Shown in pieces: positions 28,754 to 39,394 of a DNA stretch of 64,000 bases (its first letter is position 1; every line of letters starts with the position of its first letter). The notes beneath the pieces were generated by a model. The model was not told where the DNA came from. It made no database searches and saw only the letters and a program-made list of their open reading frames with translations. This DNA is from Promethearchaeota archaeon. Its GTDB lineage: Archaea > Asgardarchaeota > Lokiarchaeia > Sigyniarchaeales > SOKP01. Location of the stretch: assembly GCA_019057865.1 (NCBI GenBank), contig JAHLWP010000021.1, positions 1-64,000 on the forward strand, read 5' to 3'. The translations under genes and the position numbers were made by a program.

Positions 28754-30790
28754 TTAATCTTCTGATTCCTCATCCCATTCAACGTCTACTACACGCTTTT
28801 TCTCTTTTTCATCTTTTTTCTTCTCTGCTTCAGTTTTGTATGTGGCACCACCCGCACCTGTCTCTCCCGTTCCATCAGGGGGTGCTTCACCCATACCACC
28901 TGGAGGAACACCTCCCATACCGCTTGCAGCACGTTGAGCTTGCTCGGCTGCTTGTTGATAAACTTGATCTTGAGCTTGTGAAGCGTAAATTCTTTCGGAA
29001 AAACTATACATAGATTTTTGCAGATTTTCTACTCCGAGTTTTATTCTTTGAACGTCATCAGTCTTAATATCTTCTTCTAGGGAATTCATTGCCGCTTCGA
29101 TTTCTTTCTTTTCATTTTCCTGGATCTTATCTTTATTATCTTCCATTAATTTCCTTGTTTGGTAGATCATAGAATCAGCATTATTTTTAACTTCGACTAA
29201 TTCTCTTACTTTTTTATCTTCTTCTTCAAATTCTTCTGCAATTCTAACCTTTTCCTGAATTTCTTCAGGAGATAAACCTCTAGCTCCAGTAACAGTAATT
29301 CCTGTTTCTTTGCCAGTTCCTAAATCTTTTGCAGTTACGTGGACTATTCCATCAGCATCGATTGAAAATTTAACTTCAATTTGTGGAATACCGCGGGGTG
29401 CAGGTGGAATTCCTGTTAAATGGAACATACCTAAAGAGATATTATCTTTTGCCATAGCTCTTTCTCCTTGAAGAACATTTATGGTGACCGCTGGCTGATT
29501 ATCAGCTGCTGTACTAAATACTTGGCTCTTCTCGGTTGGAATGGTAGTATTTCTTTCAATTAATTTTGTAAAAACACCTCCAAGGGTTTCAACTCCCAAC
29601 GAGAGTGGAGTAACATCTAGTAAAAGTAAGTCTTCAACGTCTCCCGCAATAATCCCTCCTTGGATTGAAGCACCAATCGCAACGCATTCCATTGGATCTA
29701 CTGAATGTTCTGTTTCTTTACCTCCAAAAAATTTCTTGAATCTTTGTTGTACGGATGGCATTCTCGTAGGCCCCCCAACTAAGATAACCTTATCGATGTT
29801 AGTAACTGATAATTTAGCATCAGAAACTGCTCTTTGCATAATAGGATCTAATCTCCTAAGAGTAGGCTCAATTAATGCTTCCAATTTTGCTCGTGTAAGT
29901 TCCATTGTTAAATGAACAGGATTTCCCCCCTTTTGGGAGATATACGGGAGGTTAATTGATGATGAAAGTGTAGTTGATAATTCAATTTTCGCCTTTTCAG
30001 CAGCATCTTTAATTCTTATCCATGCTTTGCTATCGCCCTTTAAATCAATCCCTTCCTTCTTTTTAAACTCCTCAATGACCCAGTCGATAATAGCATTATC
30101 CATATCGGTTCCCCCTAATTGGGTATCCCCTGCCGTTGACATAACTTCTACAACTCCCTCTCCATATTCAATAATTGTTATATCGAAAGTACCGCCCCCA
30201 AGGTCGAGAACGCATATTTTCAATAGCTTACCTTTAGCATCTTTATCTAGGCCGTAAGCCAGGCAGGCAGCGGTTGGCTCATTAATCATTCGCACAACCT
30301 CAAGACCTGCGATTTCACCGGCATCTTTAGTGGCTGTTCGTTGAGCATCATTGAAATAAGCGGGAACTGTGATAACTGCTTTTTTTACTTCTTCTCCAAG
30401 GTATGCAGAAGCATCAGTCTTAATTTTTTTAAGTATCATCGCGCTTATTTCCTCTGGCGAAAATTCTTGCCATTTCTCTCCAACTTTCAATTTTGCCTTA
30501 TAAGATGTGCCCATTTTCCGTTTAATTGCTGTGACTGTCCCATCTGGGTTAGAAACAGCCTGTCTTCTCGCTGGTTCACCAACTATTTTTCTACCGCTCT
30601 CATCAAAAGCAACATATGAAGGAAATGCTTTACCACCTAAGGTTCTTCCTTCTGCTGCAGGGATGATTTCTGGTTTGCCTGTGCCTGTTAAAATAGCACA
30701 AGCACTATTTGAAGTTCCGAGATCTATTCCTATAATTTTTTCCTTTCTAGTAGACTTTTCCTCCTTTTCTCCTTTCTTCTCATCACTCAT
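28754..30790 (-). CDS. dnaK: Chaperone DnaK (Hsp70)
   Basis: [45 protein letters not shown]; lacks the proteobacterial N-terminal insert. Confidence 0.98.
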   Translation of the reverse strand: MSDEKKGEKEEKSTRKEKIIGIDLGTSNSACAILTGTGKPEIIPAAEGRTLGGKAFPSYVAFDESGRKIVGEPARRQAVSNPDGTVTAIKRKMGTSYKAKLKVGEKWQEFSPEEISAMILKKIKTDASAYLGEEVKKAVITVPAYFNDAQRTATKDAGEIAGLEVVRMINEPTAACLAYGLDKDAKGKLLKICVLDLGGGTFDITIIEYGEGVVEVMSTAGDTQLGGTDMDNAIIDWVIEEFKKKEGIDLKGDSKAWIRIKDAAEKAKIELSTTLSSSINLPYISQKGGNPVHLTMELTRAKLEALIEPTLRRLDPIMQRAVSDAKLSVTNIDKVILVGGPTRMPSVQQRFKKFFGGKETEHSVDPMECVAIGASIQGGIIAGDVEDLLLLDVTPLSLGVETLGGVFTKLIERNTTIPTEKSQVFSTAADNQPAVTINVLQGERAMAKDNISLGMFHLTGIPPAPRGIPQIEVKFSIDADGIVHVTAKDLGTGKETGITVTGARGLSPEEIQEKVRIAEEFEEEDKKVRELVEVKNNADSMIYQTRKLMEDNKDKIQENEKKEIEAAMNSLEEDIKTDDVQRIKLGVENLQKSMYSFSERIYASQAQDQVYQQAAEQAQRAASGMGGVPPGGMGEAPPDGTGETGAGGATYKTEAEKKKDEKEKKRVVDVEWDEESED

Positions 30791-30912
30791 AGTTAAAATA
30801 TCACTTTTTATAGATATTTAATAATTCAATCTTCAAAGATTTTTTAGACTTTAATAATTTAATCTTTATAAAATTGTAAATTGTTCCTATTAAGTAAATA
30901 TATCATAAAAAA

Positions 30913-30933
30913 TAAAATTGATTGTCAATTTTA
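30913..30933. promoter_or_regulatory. Perfect 9-bp inverted repeat in the divergent dnaK/grpE promoter region (candidate operator)
   Basis: TAAAATTGA-TTG-TCAATTTTA. Confidence 0.4.
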
Positions 30934-30987
30934 AATCATAAAATAGTAAGTCATATAACATTCTAACGAATTATTAAGGGAACTGAT

Positions 30988-31839
30988 ATGGCAGAAGAAA
31001 ATAACGATGAAATAAAAGAAGAAGTTAAGCAAGAGGCTTCAGCAGATGAAAATATAACACCTAATGAAAAAATAGCCGATCAAACCAGTTCTGAAGGAGG
31101 ATCAAAAAGCGAAGAGGTCAAAAGACTAGAAGAAAAAGAACATTATGAATTAGAATACTTCTCGAAAGAAGTTCTCGTTAAAAAAAATGAAGATCTTGAG
31201 AAAGAATTAGGCAAACTTAAAGAAAGTGTCGAGAAATTACAAAAAGAAAACTCAGATTCGAAGAATAAGTTTATGAAATTACAAGCAGATTTCGAAAATG
31301 CTCAAAAGCGGTGGGATAAAAACCGCCAAAACTTACGAATTGAATATTCGGCTTCAGTTTTAAAAAATTTTTTACCCTTATATGATTCCTTCAAAAAGGC
31401 TATTGATAGTGATAAAGCAAATGAAACGGAGAAAAACATACTTACCGGGTTTTACAATCAATTTATAAACATTTTTAAGTCATATGGAGCTGAACCAATA
31501 GAAGTTAAAATTAATGATCCCTTTGATTATAGTATACATGAAGCGTTAAGTACGATTGAAAAAGAGGATCTTCCTGAAAATAGTATAGTAGAAATAATCC
31601 AAGACGGTTTCAAATATGGTAAAGAAGTTATAAGATACACAAAAGTTATAACTTCTCGAAAACCAAAACCTCCTGAACCAGAACCTGAACCTGAAGAAGA
31701 GAAAGTTGAAGAAGGAAAAGAAGAGATTATTGAAACCCAAGAAATCTCAACTGATAAAGAGGAAGTTAGGGAAGAAAAACTCAAGAAAAAGAAGTCTAAA
31801 AAAAAAAAGTCAAAAAAGAAAGACGTACAAGAAATATAA
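30988..31839 (+). CDS. grpE: Nucleotide exchange factor GrpE
   Basis: LQADFENAQKR, FLPLYDSF, FDYSIHEAL, IVEIIQDGFKYG.EVIR; divergent from dnaK. Confidence 0.93.
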   Translation: MAEENNDEIKEEVKQEASADENITPNEKIADQTSSEGGSKSEEVKRLEEKEHYELEYFSKEVLVKKNEDLEKELGKLKESVEKLQKENSDSKNKFMKLQADFENAQKRWDKNRQNLRIEYSASVLKNFLPLYDSFKKAIDSDKANETEKNILTGFYNQFINIFKSYGAEPIEVKINDPFDYSIHEALSTIEKEDLPENSIVEIIQDGFKYGKEVIRYTKVITSRKPKPPEPEPEPEEEKVEEGKEEIIETQEISTDKEEVREEKLKKKKSKKKKSKKKDVQEI

Positions 31840-31953
31840 AAGATTAATAGTCTTGATAATCTACATAATATAAATATTGGATCTTTAATTATAAAGATTC
31901 TTTAAATCAATCAATCATTTAAAATAATTAAAAAATTGAGCTGAGATTGAAAA

Positions 31954-32208
31954 ATGAGTGAGGAGCCACAGCTGCCCCCAATACCTAGCATTACTGATGA
32001 CTGGGACCGTAAGAAATCATTTTTTGAGAGAAAAAATAGTGTCCTTAAATGTGGAGCATGTCAGGCTGATTATACGCGAGCTTTTAAACCAGGGGATTTT
32101 GTATTTAAAGAGTTAACAGACGAAGAGTGCGAGAAATGTCAAAGAAGAAGATTAACTATTATTGAAATTTATTCTGAATGGATAAATCCAAAAAAAGAAA
32201 AAAAATAA
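31954..32208 (+). CDS. Archaeal zinc-ribbon protein
   Basis: CGAC...RAFKPGDFVFK...CEKC...IIEIY. Confidence 0.7.
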   Translation: MSEEPQLPPIPSITDDWDRKKSFFERKNSVLKCGACQADYTRAFKPGDFVFKELTDEECEKCQRRRLTIIEIYSEWINPKKEKK

Positions 32209-32274
32209 TAATTTACCTTACCACAATCCTTTTTTTAAAAAATTTTATTGAAATTATTCAAATCATGATGCTGA

Positions 32275-32805
32275 ATGTTAATCGGGAATAAACTTAATTT
32301 AAGGATTATGGAAAAAAAGGATATGCCCATCGTGAAGGAATGGGTGAATGATATTGATTTTATTGGTGATTTTGAACCAATAACTCAAGAAACCATAACT
32401 GATTTGGAAAAACAATATGAGAGTCTTACTGAAGGTCAGTGGTTTTTTATTGAAAAAAAAGATGGTACGAAGATTGGTTATGTAGCACATTTTATCTCAG
32501 GTTTAAAGCAAACAGCAATAGGTTATGCTTTACTACCTAATGAAAGAAGTAAAAGTTATGGTACAGAAGCAATCCAAATGATTGTAGATTATTTATTCTT
32601 ATCGAAAAGTATAATTCGCATTCAAGCTGAAATTCATCCAAATAATATTGGATCTCAGAGAGTCTTAGAAAAAGCTGGTTTTGATAAGGAAGGTATTCTT
32701 CGGAAATGTTTTTTTAGTAGAGGAGAGTGGAGAGACACTGCAATATTTAGTGTTTTACGAGAAGAATGGAAAGAACCAAAAATCTTAACAAAAGCTAATA
32801 TCTAG
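32275..32805 (+). CDS. RimJ/RimL-like GNAT acetyltransferase
   Basis: IGYALLP.ERSKSYGTEA, NIGSQRVLEKAGF..EG.LR, GEWRD. Confidence 0.9.
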   Translation: MLIGNKLNLRIMEKKDMPIVKEWVNDIDFIGDFEPITQETITDLEKQYESLTEGQWFFIEKKDGTKIGYVAHFISGLKQTAIGYALLPNERSKSYGTEAIQMIVDYLFLSKSIIRIQAEIHPNNIGSQRVLEKAGFDKEGILRKCFFSRGEWRDTAIFSVLREEWKEPKILTKANI

Positions 32806-32807
32806 AA

Positions 32808-33704
32808 TTATCGAATTAAGTCGCGAAGTTCTCTATAACCAATTACTTTTAAGTCGAGTTCTTCAACACATTCCTTTATTGTCTTATCTGTAAAGACTTC
32901 ATAATCTTGATTTCGCCAATTTGCTGAATTTGGAGTTATAGCTCTCAATTCAGAACTCATTTTTGCTGGATGAAATAAAAAGTGCGTTAACCCAAGTTCT
33001 ATTTCCCTAATAAGCTTACAATAATAGTCTATTTTATCAGGTTGTTCCCCGCCTGTATCAATAATGATGTGATCTATAAGAGGAAAACCCCAAGATTCAA
33101 TAATTGAAAGGGTTTTTTCAAAAATTTTTATGTAATCTTTTAATCCTCTAGCAATCATTATTTCTCTATTTACTTTTGGAAATAATCCAGGGATCTGAAA
33201 CTCTTTAGCTAAATTTATATAGGATCTAATAAATTTAGGATTTACTATAGTTCCCATATGTGGATCAACGTGAGTTACATCTATTCCATTGTCTAAGGCC
33301 ATTTGGATTTGAGAACGCAATTCAATTTCGGCTGCGTCAGGAGTTACATTAGCAATTGCTTCTTCCGATGTACGCCAAAGAGAATTTTCTGAATCCAATA
33401 ATCCTGTTTTGGGATCAGTACTGCTTAATGCTCGCCACCTATAGAGTTCATATTCACAGGTGAGAGTTAAATGAACACCCAAATCATATTTTGGGTTATT
33501 CTTATAAATTGATGCCACTTCTAAAAACCAAGGAGCCGTCGTAATTATGGCTCCACAGCTGGCAATCCCAAAATCTAAACATTCGAACGATGCGACATTT
33601 GAAGCATGCGAGAACCCCATATCATCAATATGAAAAATAACTACTTTATCGGTGGCTTCATATCCCAATTTTTCAATAATTGATTGATTTTTCATTATAT
33701 ACAA
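32808..33704 (-). CDS. YdjC/ChbG family deacetylase
   Basis: HIDDMGFSHASN, DLGVHLTLTCE, THVDPHMG, LFHP. Confidence 0.88.
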   Translation of the reverse strand: MYIMKNQSIIEKLGYEATDKVVIFHIDDMGFSHASNVASFECLDFGIASCGAIITTAPWFLEVASIYKNNPKYDLGVHLTLTCEYELYRWRALSSTDPKTGLLDSENSLWRTSEEAIANVTPDAAEIELRSQIQMALDNGIDVTHVDPHMGTIVNPKFIRSYINLAKEFQIPGLFPKVNREIMIARGLKDYIKIFEKTLSIIESWGFPLIDHIIIDTGGEQPDKIDYYCKLIREIELGLTHFLFHPAKMSSELRAITPNSANWRNQDYEVFTDKTIKECVEELDLKVIGYRELRDLIR

Positions 33705-33744
33705 CTTGTTCTTTTCATAAAAATAGATATCAATAATTTATTTA

Positions 33745-34737
33745 TTACTCTAAACCTAAAAATTCAATAATTTTATTTGCCATAGAATATGGATCTAAGG
33801 ACTTTTTCATTGCTTTTTCTAAATAAGGTTCAATTTTGTCACTATTATTTACAAGATCTTCAATTTTCTTTGTAAGCTTATGTTTTAGAATTTGTAGGGT
33901 TTCGGATTTTATCCTGTTTAACTGATAATTTTCAAGATATCCTGTACTTTCTAAGAAATTTTTATGAATATCGATGATTTTAAGTAATTCTTCAAAATTT
34001 TCCCCCGTTTTAGAGTTCACCTTAATTACTTGAGGCGTCCATCGTTTCATTTTCACAAGATTTTTGCTAATTTCTTGTGATTCATATACAAAATTCTTAT
34101 TTAATTCTAACATTTGCATAATATCAGCTACTTTCCTGTCTGCTCCCGCTAAATCCATTTTATTAACCACAAAAATATCAACAATTTCCATTATACCTGC
34201 TTTAATGGCTTGAATATCGTCGCCTAATCCTGGTACTAACAAAACTACAACTGTTTGAGCAGATTTGAAGATATCAACTTCAGATTGTCCTACACCAACA
34301 GTTTCTACTATAATAGTATCACATCCATATGCATCTAAAATTTTGATGGCATCTTCAGTTGCTCTAGCAAGTCCACCCAATTGTGATCTATTTGCCATAC
34401 TCCTAATGAAAACATTTTCAAGGGTAAAATTTTGTTTCATTCTTATTCTATCTCCAAGTAGAGCTCCACCAGTAAGAGGTGAAGAAGGATCCACACAGAT
34501 TATCCCGACCTTTTTACCCTTATCAACAAAAATTTTAGTTATTATAGAAATAAAAGTAGATTTACCACTGCCCGGTGCCCCAGTCACCCCTAAAATGTAA
34601 GCATTTCCAGTTTTATTGTAGATATCATTTACAATTTTTTCTGCTGCATCAATGTCATTTTCCACGATAGTAATTAAACGGGCAGCAGCACGAGTGTTTC
34701 CTTCAAATAACTGATCAATTAAATTAGAGTAATCCAT
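33745..34737 (-). CDS. meaB: MeaB/ArgK mutase-associated GTPase
   Basis: GVTGAPGSGKST, VDPSSPLTGGALLGDRIRM, FIRSM, ETVGVGQSE, GDDIQAIKAG, VNKMD. Confidence 0.95.
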   Translation of the reverse strand: MDYSNLIDQLFEGNTRAAARLITIVENDIDAAEKIVNDIYNKTGNAYILGVTGAPGSGKSTFISIITKIFVDKGKKVGIICVDPSSPLTGGALLGDRIRMKQNFTLENVFIRSMANRSQLGGLARATEDAIKILDAYGCDTIIVETVGVGQSEVDIFKSAQTVVVLLVPGLGDDIQAIKAGIMEIVDIFVVNKMDLAGADRKVADIMQMLELNKNFVYESQEISKNLVKMKRWTPQVIKVNSKTGENFEELLKIIDIHKNFLESTGYLENYQLNRIKSETLQILKHKLTKKIEDLVNNSDKIEPYLEKAMKKSLDPYSMANKIIEFLGLE

Positions 34738-35138
34738 TATCTTTTCAAATTATTTTTGACAAATTCAACGATTGTTTTTAATTCAGTACCAGGACCGTGA
34801 AATCCTTTCAATCCATGTTTCTCTAAAAATGGTTTATCTTCATCAGGTATAATTCCACCTACTGCAATTAAAACATCATTAATACCGTTTTCTTTTAGTT
34901 TTTCCATAATTATTGGACATAAAACATTATGAGCACCACTTAACATTGATAGCATCACGGCGTCAGGATCTTCTTGAATGACGGTGTTTACAATATCATC
35001 AGGGGTTTGGTGAATACCAGTATAAATAACTTCCATACCTGCATCCCTTAAGGCTCTAGCGAGGACTTTTGCTCCTCGATCATGTCCATTTAAGCCTGGT
35101 TTGCAAACTAAAACTTTAATTTTTCTTTTTTCTACCAT
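34737..35138 (-). CDS. Cobalamin-binding small subunit of acyl-CoA mutase (IcmB-like)
   Basis: KPGLNGHDRGAKV...LRDAGMEVIYTG, SMLSGAH, VGGIIP; DxHxxG present as NxHxxG. Confidence 0.93.
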   Translation of the reverse strand: MVEKRKIKVLVCKPGLNGHDRGAKVLARALRDAGMEVIYTGIHQTPDDIVNTVIQEDPDAVMLSMLSGAHNVLCPIIMEKLKENGINDVLIAVGGIIPDEDKPFLEKHGLKGFHGPGTELKTIVEFVKNNLKR

Positions 35139-35151
35139 AGTTTATACCCTA

Positions 35152-36786
35152 TTAAAAAACAGAATCTTCATGATAAGTACCAAATACATCCTTTAATGCT
35201 GAAATAATTTCTCCAATTGAAGCATATTCTCTAACAGCATCAATTATATAAGGCATTAAATTTTCAGAACCTTTGGCCATCTCTTTTAATCTATTTAGAT
35301 ATTCTTCAATTTTCTCGTTATTTCTTTCAGCTTTAATTTTAAGAAGCTTTTCGATTTGTTCTTCAGCTACCTTCTCATCAATCTTTAATAATGGTGTAGT
35401 ACAAGGTTCTCTCAATTGGAGATCATTCACTCCAACAATAATTCTCTCTTGATTTTCAATTTCTTGTTGATATTTGTAGGAAGCATTCGCAATTTCTTTC
35501 TGGAAAAAATTAGCTTTAATAGCAGGTATTACTCCTCCCAGTTCATCAATCCTTTCGAAATATTCTTCAGCTTCTTCTTCCATTTTATTCGTAAGCCATT
35601 CTACATAATAAGAACCTGCTAACGGATCTACAGTATCAGCAACTCCAGACTCATTAGCAATTATCTGTTGTGTTCTTAAGCCAATTTTTGCTGCTTTTTC
35701 TGTTGGAAGACAAAGTGCTTCATCAAAGGAATTTGTATGTAAAGATTGCGTTCCGCCTAATACTGCTGCTAATGCTTGTAAGGTTACTCTTACAATATTA
35801 TTTTCAGGTTCTTGAGCGGTTAATGAAACTCCTGCAGTTTGAGTATGAAAACGTAATCGCATTGATTCAAGTTCTTTTGCACCATATTTATTTTTCATTC
35901 TTTTCGCCCAAATTCTTCTTGCAGCTCTATATTTACAGACTTCTTCAAAAAAGTTATTATGAGAATTAAAAAAGAATGATAACCTTGGAGCAAAATCATC
36001 AATATCTAAACCTCTTTCTTTTGCAGCTTCAACATAACCAAATCCATCTGCTAACGTAAAGGCTAATTCTTGAACTGCTGTTGACCCTGCTTCTCTAATA
36101 TGATACCCTGATATGGATATAGTGTACCATTGAGGTACAAATTTCGTACAATACTCAATAGTATCAATAATTAATCGCATTGAAGGTTCAGGAGGAAAAA
36201 TCCAAGATTTTTGTGCGATGTATTCTTTTAATATATCATTTTGTATGGTACCACGTAGCTGATCCGGAGTATGTCCTTGCTTTTCAGCAGTTACAATATA
36301 CATCGCTAATAAAATAGAAGCTGGTGCGTTAATAGTCATCGAGGTGGATATCTTAGATAAATCTATTCCATCAAATAAGGTTTCCATGTCTTTTAATGTA
36401 TCTATACTAACTCCTTCTTTTCCGACTTCACCTAAAGCATTTTCATCAACAGCTTCAATGCCATATATTGTATGCAAACTGAATGCGACACTCAAACCAG
36501 TTTGACCATGCTCTAACAAGAATTTATATCTTTGATTAGTCTGATCTGCTGTTCCAAATCCTGCGAATTGTCTCATCGTCCAAAATCGCCCTCGATACAT
36601 ATTTGGATAAGCACCACGAGTAAAAGGAAATTTTCCCGAATCTCCTAAATCCATAACATAATTGAAATCCTTTATATCATCTGGTGTATATAATCGCTTA
36701 ATTTCAATGCCAGATAGATTTTTGAATTTTTCTTTTCTTTCTTTTTTAGTTGGTCTTAGAGTTTTTTGTTCATCAATTTCTGTCAT
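35152..36786 (-). CDS. icmA: Acyl-CoA mutase large subunit with isobutyryl-CoA mutase signature
   Basis: PFTRGAY..MYRGRFWTMRQFAGFG (F at MCM Y89 position), EYIAQK (Q at MCM R207 position), SISGYHIREAG, QSLHTNSFDEA. Confidence 0.8.
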   Translation of the reverse strand: MTEIDEQKTLRPTKKERKEKFKNLSGIEIKRLYTPDDIKDFNYVMDLGDSGKFPFTRGAYPNMYRGRFWTMRQFAGFGTADQTNQRYKFLLEHGQTGLSVAFSLHTIYGIEAVDENALGEVGKEGVSIDTLKDMETLFDGIDLSKISTSMTINAPASILLAMYIVTAEKQGHTPDQLRGTIQNDILKEYIAQKSWIFPPEPSMRLIIDTIEYCTKFVPQWYTISISGYHIREAGSTAVQELAFTLADGFGYVEAAKERGLDIDDFAPRLSFFFNSHNNFFEEVCKYRAARRIWAKRMKNKYGAKELESMRLRFHTQTAGVSLTAQEPENNIVRVTLQALAAVLGGTQSLHTNSFDEALCLPTEKAAKIGLRTQQIIANESGVADTVDPLAGSYYVEWLTNKMEEEAEEYFERIDELGGVIPAIKANFFQKEIANASYKYQQEIENQERIIVGVNDLQLREPCTTPLLKIDEKVAEEQIEKLLKIKAERNNEKIEEYLNRLKEMAKGSENLMPYIIDAVREYASIGEIISALKDVFGTYHEDSVF

Positions 36787-37242
36787 GAGTTATTCCTTCT
36801 TATTTTAAATTTCTCTCGAAAATATTTTAATTGATTTATACTAGTTTTTTATAGGGATTTAAGTTTATTAACTTTTTTTGTTGAAATTTTTATAAGAATA
36901 CCGATTAAAGGAGTTCATTAAGGATTTATTAAAAAAAATATTATTAAAATTTATATAAATTGAATCAAATAAATTTTTTTAATTTTCAAATGATCACATT
37001 AATTTATTAAAAAAAATTGAATCAATCTTTGATTACATAAGAGTTCTAAAGATTTTACTTTTCTAAATCATCAACATTTCAATACTATGATTTTTATGAA
37101 ACCATTAATGTCCAATAAGAGTTCTTTATGTAAATATCCAAATTATCATATATTCATTCTAACATCAATTCTATTAGATATGAAGTTTATTAATTGAATT
37201 TATAAAGTAATAAATACAAAATAAAAAAAATAAATTTAAAAT

Positions 37243-38073
37243 TTATGCAAAATAGCTATAATGATTTACATAGTAAGGTTCTGACCAAACAGTTCCAGAT
37301 ATACCACCAGTAAAAGTGTTCCAGATTTCATAATGAATAAAAGACACACTATTGATAACTACATACCATATAGTATCAGTTTGGGGTTCTATATAAAACC
37401 AATCATCAACAGAATCACCATTATAATCTTGGCATAATATTACATTGAAAGCATGTCCGTATGAACCATAAGGGTCAGCAGGGTCTTGCCAACCATCATC
37501 TCCATCATAACTATAAAACATACAAGCTATCCTCATTCTCCAATTCATTACTTTAGCTCTACCCATAAGCATCGCAGAAAAGTCTCCACACATAAAAAAC
37601 TGACTATATTCAAACTCATCTGTATTATCACTATCCAACCAATCGATAACTTGGCTAATAGTGGGAGTATCGGGATCTGTTAGAGGATTTCCAACAATCT
37701 CCAATATTGACTGATATTGAGCAAATAAGGCAAGTAGTTCATCATAATCATCTAATAAGTCATCATATTCCCTTTGTAATGCATCTATTTCATTTCTCTG
37801 GTTAGTTGTCATATCTGTATAAACTATATTAATAGATATACCACCAATAAAGAATCCACCAACAAGTCCAATTATTAAACAAATTATTGCTAATTTTTTC
37901 TTTTTTCTTTTAAATCTTGTTTCATTAGATATTTTTTGAGGAGTTTTAGTTTCTTGTTGTGGTATTATTGCTTTCTGTTCAGGTTCAATAATTCTTTTTG
38001 GTGATGCTCCACAATTAGGACATACAATCCAATGTTCTTCTAATTTATTTCCACAATATACACAAAATACCAT
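37243..38073 (-). CDS. Zinc-ribbon + TM + coiled coil + transglutaminase-like (Cys-His-Glu) domain protein
   Basis: CVYCG...CPNCG; one TM; heptad YDDLLDDYDELL; FMCGDFS / GHAFNV / IEPQTD. Confidence 0.72.
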   Translation of the reverse strand: MVFCVYCGNKLEEHWIVCPNCGASPKRIIEPEQKAIIPQQETKTPQKISNETRFKRKKKKLAIICLIIGLVGGFFIGGISINIVYTDMTTNQRNEIDALQREYDDLLDDYDELLALFAQYQSILEIVGNPLTDPDTPTISQVIDWLDSDNTDEFEYSQFFMCGDFSAMLMGRAKVMNWRMRIACMFYSYDGDDGWQDPADPYGSYGHAFNVILCQDYNGDSVDDWFYIEPQTDTIWYVVINSVSFIHYEIWNTFTGGISGTVWSEPYYVNHYSYFA

Positions 38074-38211
38074 TTTTTTAAACCTTTTTTATTACTTCCT
38101 TATTTTTTAATTTTTTGATGTTTACATAAATAACAAAATAAATTTCACACATCCTAAAGTTCTATTACTATTTAAATTTTTCTTTGAAAATTGTTTGAAG
38201 AAAAAAATTAA

Positions 38212-38525
38212 TTATCTTGCTTCCATTTCCAAAAGAATCTTTTGAACTTCTGTGAATTGGTGTTTACAGTCTTGACATGATATGTAGATTTATAATCTTC
38301 GATACAATCCATAACATATTTTCTTCATCTTTCATTTCTGCTTCTATTTCTTTGTTCATCAGTTTCAAATAATTTATAAATCGGTATTAAGTAAAATAAT
38401 TTGCTGTTATTGGATAAATTGCGTAATTCCTTAGAATAATATTCGTTTATGTTATTCTTTCCATTCCTAAGTTTGAAAAGATATTTCTCTATATTTGAAA
38501 TTATATTTTGGTCAGTCATTTTCAA
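38212..38525 (-). pseudogene. Degraded hypothetical gene
   Basis: 66-aa ORF followed by protein-like fragments in other frames, ending SCQDCKHQFTEVQKILLEMEAR*. Confidence 0.3.
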
Positions 38526-38656
38526 TATAATATAATTTTGGATAATTTATAAATATATTTATTTGAAATCATCTATATATTTAGAATATATATTAATTCA
38601 TGAACTATGAATTTATTTTAATTTAAGGTTAATTTATGATTAAGTGATAAATATTC

Positions 38657-39394
38657 ATGACAAAACTCATTTATTTAGGTTGTTTAAGTCAAAAAAATTA
38701 TGAACCTACATGTAAAAATGCCATAAAAATTATTAAATTCCTCGATGATGAATATAAAGTGCTTGATGATGCACCATGTTGTGGGTCCTTAGCTTTTAAT
38801 ATTTCTTCAGATGAGGAATTAAAAACTCATGTTCAATATGTAAATAATTGGTTTAAAGAGAATGATATAACTGAACTTGTCACAATCTGCGCAGGTTGTT
38901 ATAGTTATCTTACGAAATATTATAAAGAATTCTTAGTAACTGATTTTAACGTTGAAATAAAACATTTACTCCAATTTATCGCTGAATCTAGGAATTTAAA
39001 AAAGTTAGATCTACAATATTCAGGAGAGAAATTAAATATAAATTACCATGATGCCTGTCATTTAAGAAATACCTCAAAACCAATCATAGAAGAACCAAGA
39101 ACTATCTTAAAAAGTATTAAAAATGTAAATTTTAATGAAATGAATTATAATAAAACAAATAGTATTTGTTGTGGAGCTGGCGGAGGGGTTTATTCTATCT
39201 TTAAAGAAAATAGTGATTTCAATGCTAAAGCTATTTTTGATAATATGAAAAAAGGAAAAATTTTGTTAACTGCTTGTCCATTTTGTTATACTGCCCTGAA
39301 ACGCATAAAGGAAGAAAATAATATAAAAAAATCTATTGTTAAATTTGAAGATTTTATTGCTAATCTAATGGAAGGAGTTGATCCCATCAATTGA
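38657..39394 (+). CDS. CCG-domain Fe-S protein (LutA/GlpC/HdrB-like)
   Basis: GC, CCG, CAGC, YHDACHL, CCGAGGG, TACPFC. Confidence 0.88.
   Translation: MTKLIYLGCLSQKNYEPTCKNAIKIIKFLDDEYKVLDDAPCCGSLAFNISSDEELKTHVQYVNNWFKENDITELVTICAGCYSYLTKYYKEFLVTDFNVEIKHLLQFIAESRNLKKLDLQYSGEKLNINYHDACHLRNTSKPIIEEPRTILKSIKNVNFNEMNYNKTNSICCGAGGGVYSIFKENSDFNAKAIFDNMKKGKILLTACPFCYTALKRIKEENNIKKSIVKFEDFIANLMEGVDPIN

Noticed and set aside
36790-37240. Direct repeat ATAAGAGTTCT (37037 and 37115), a possible CRISPR or LRR-gene remnant
   Set aside because: Only two 11-bp copies; the minus-strand LRR-like fragments are too degraded to support a call.
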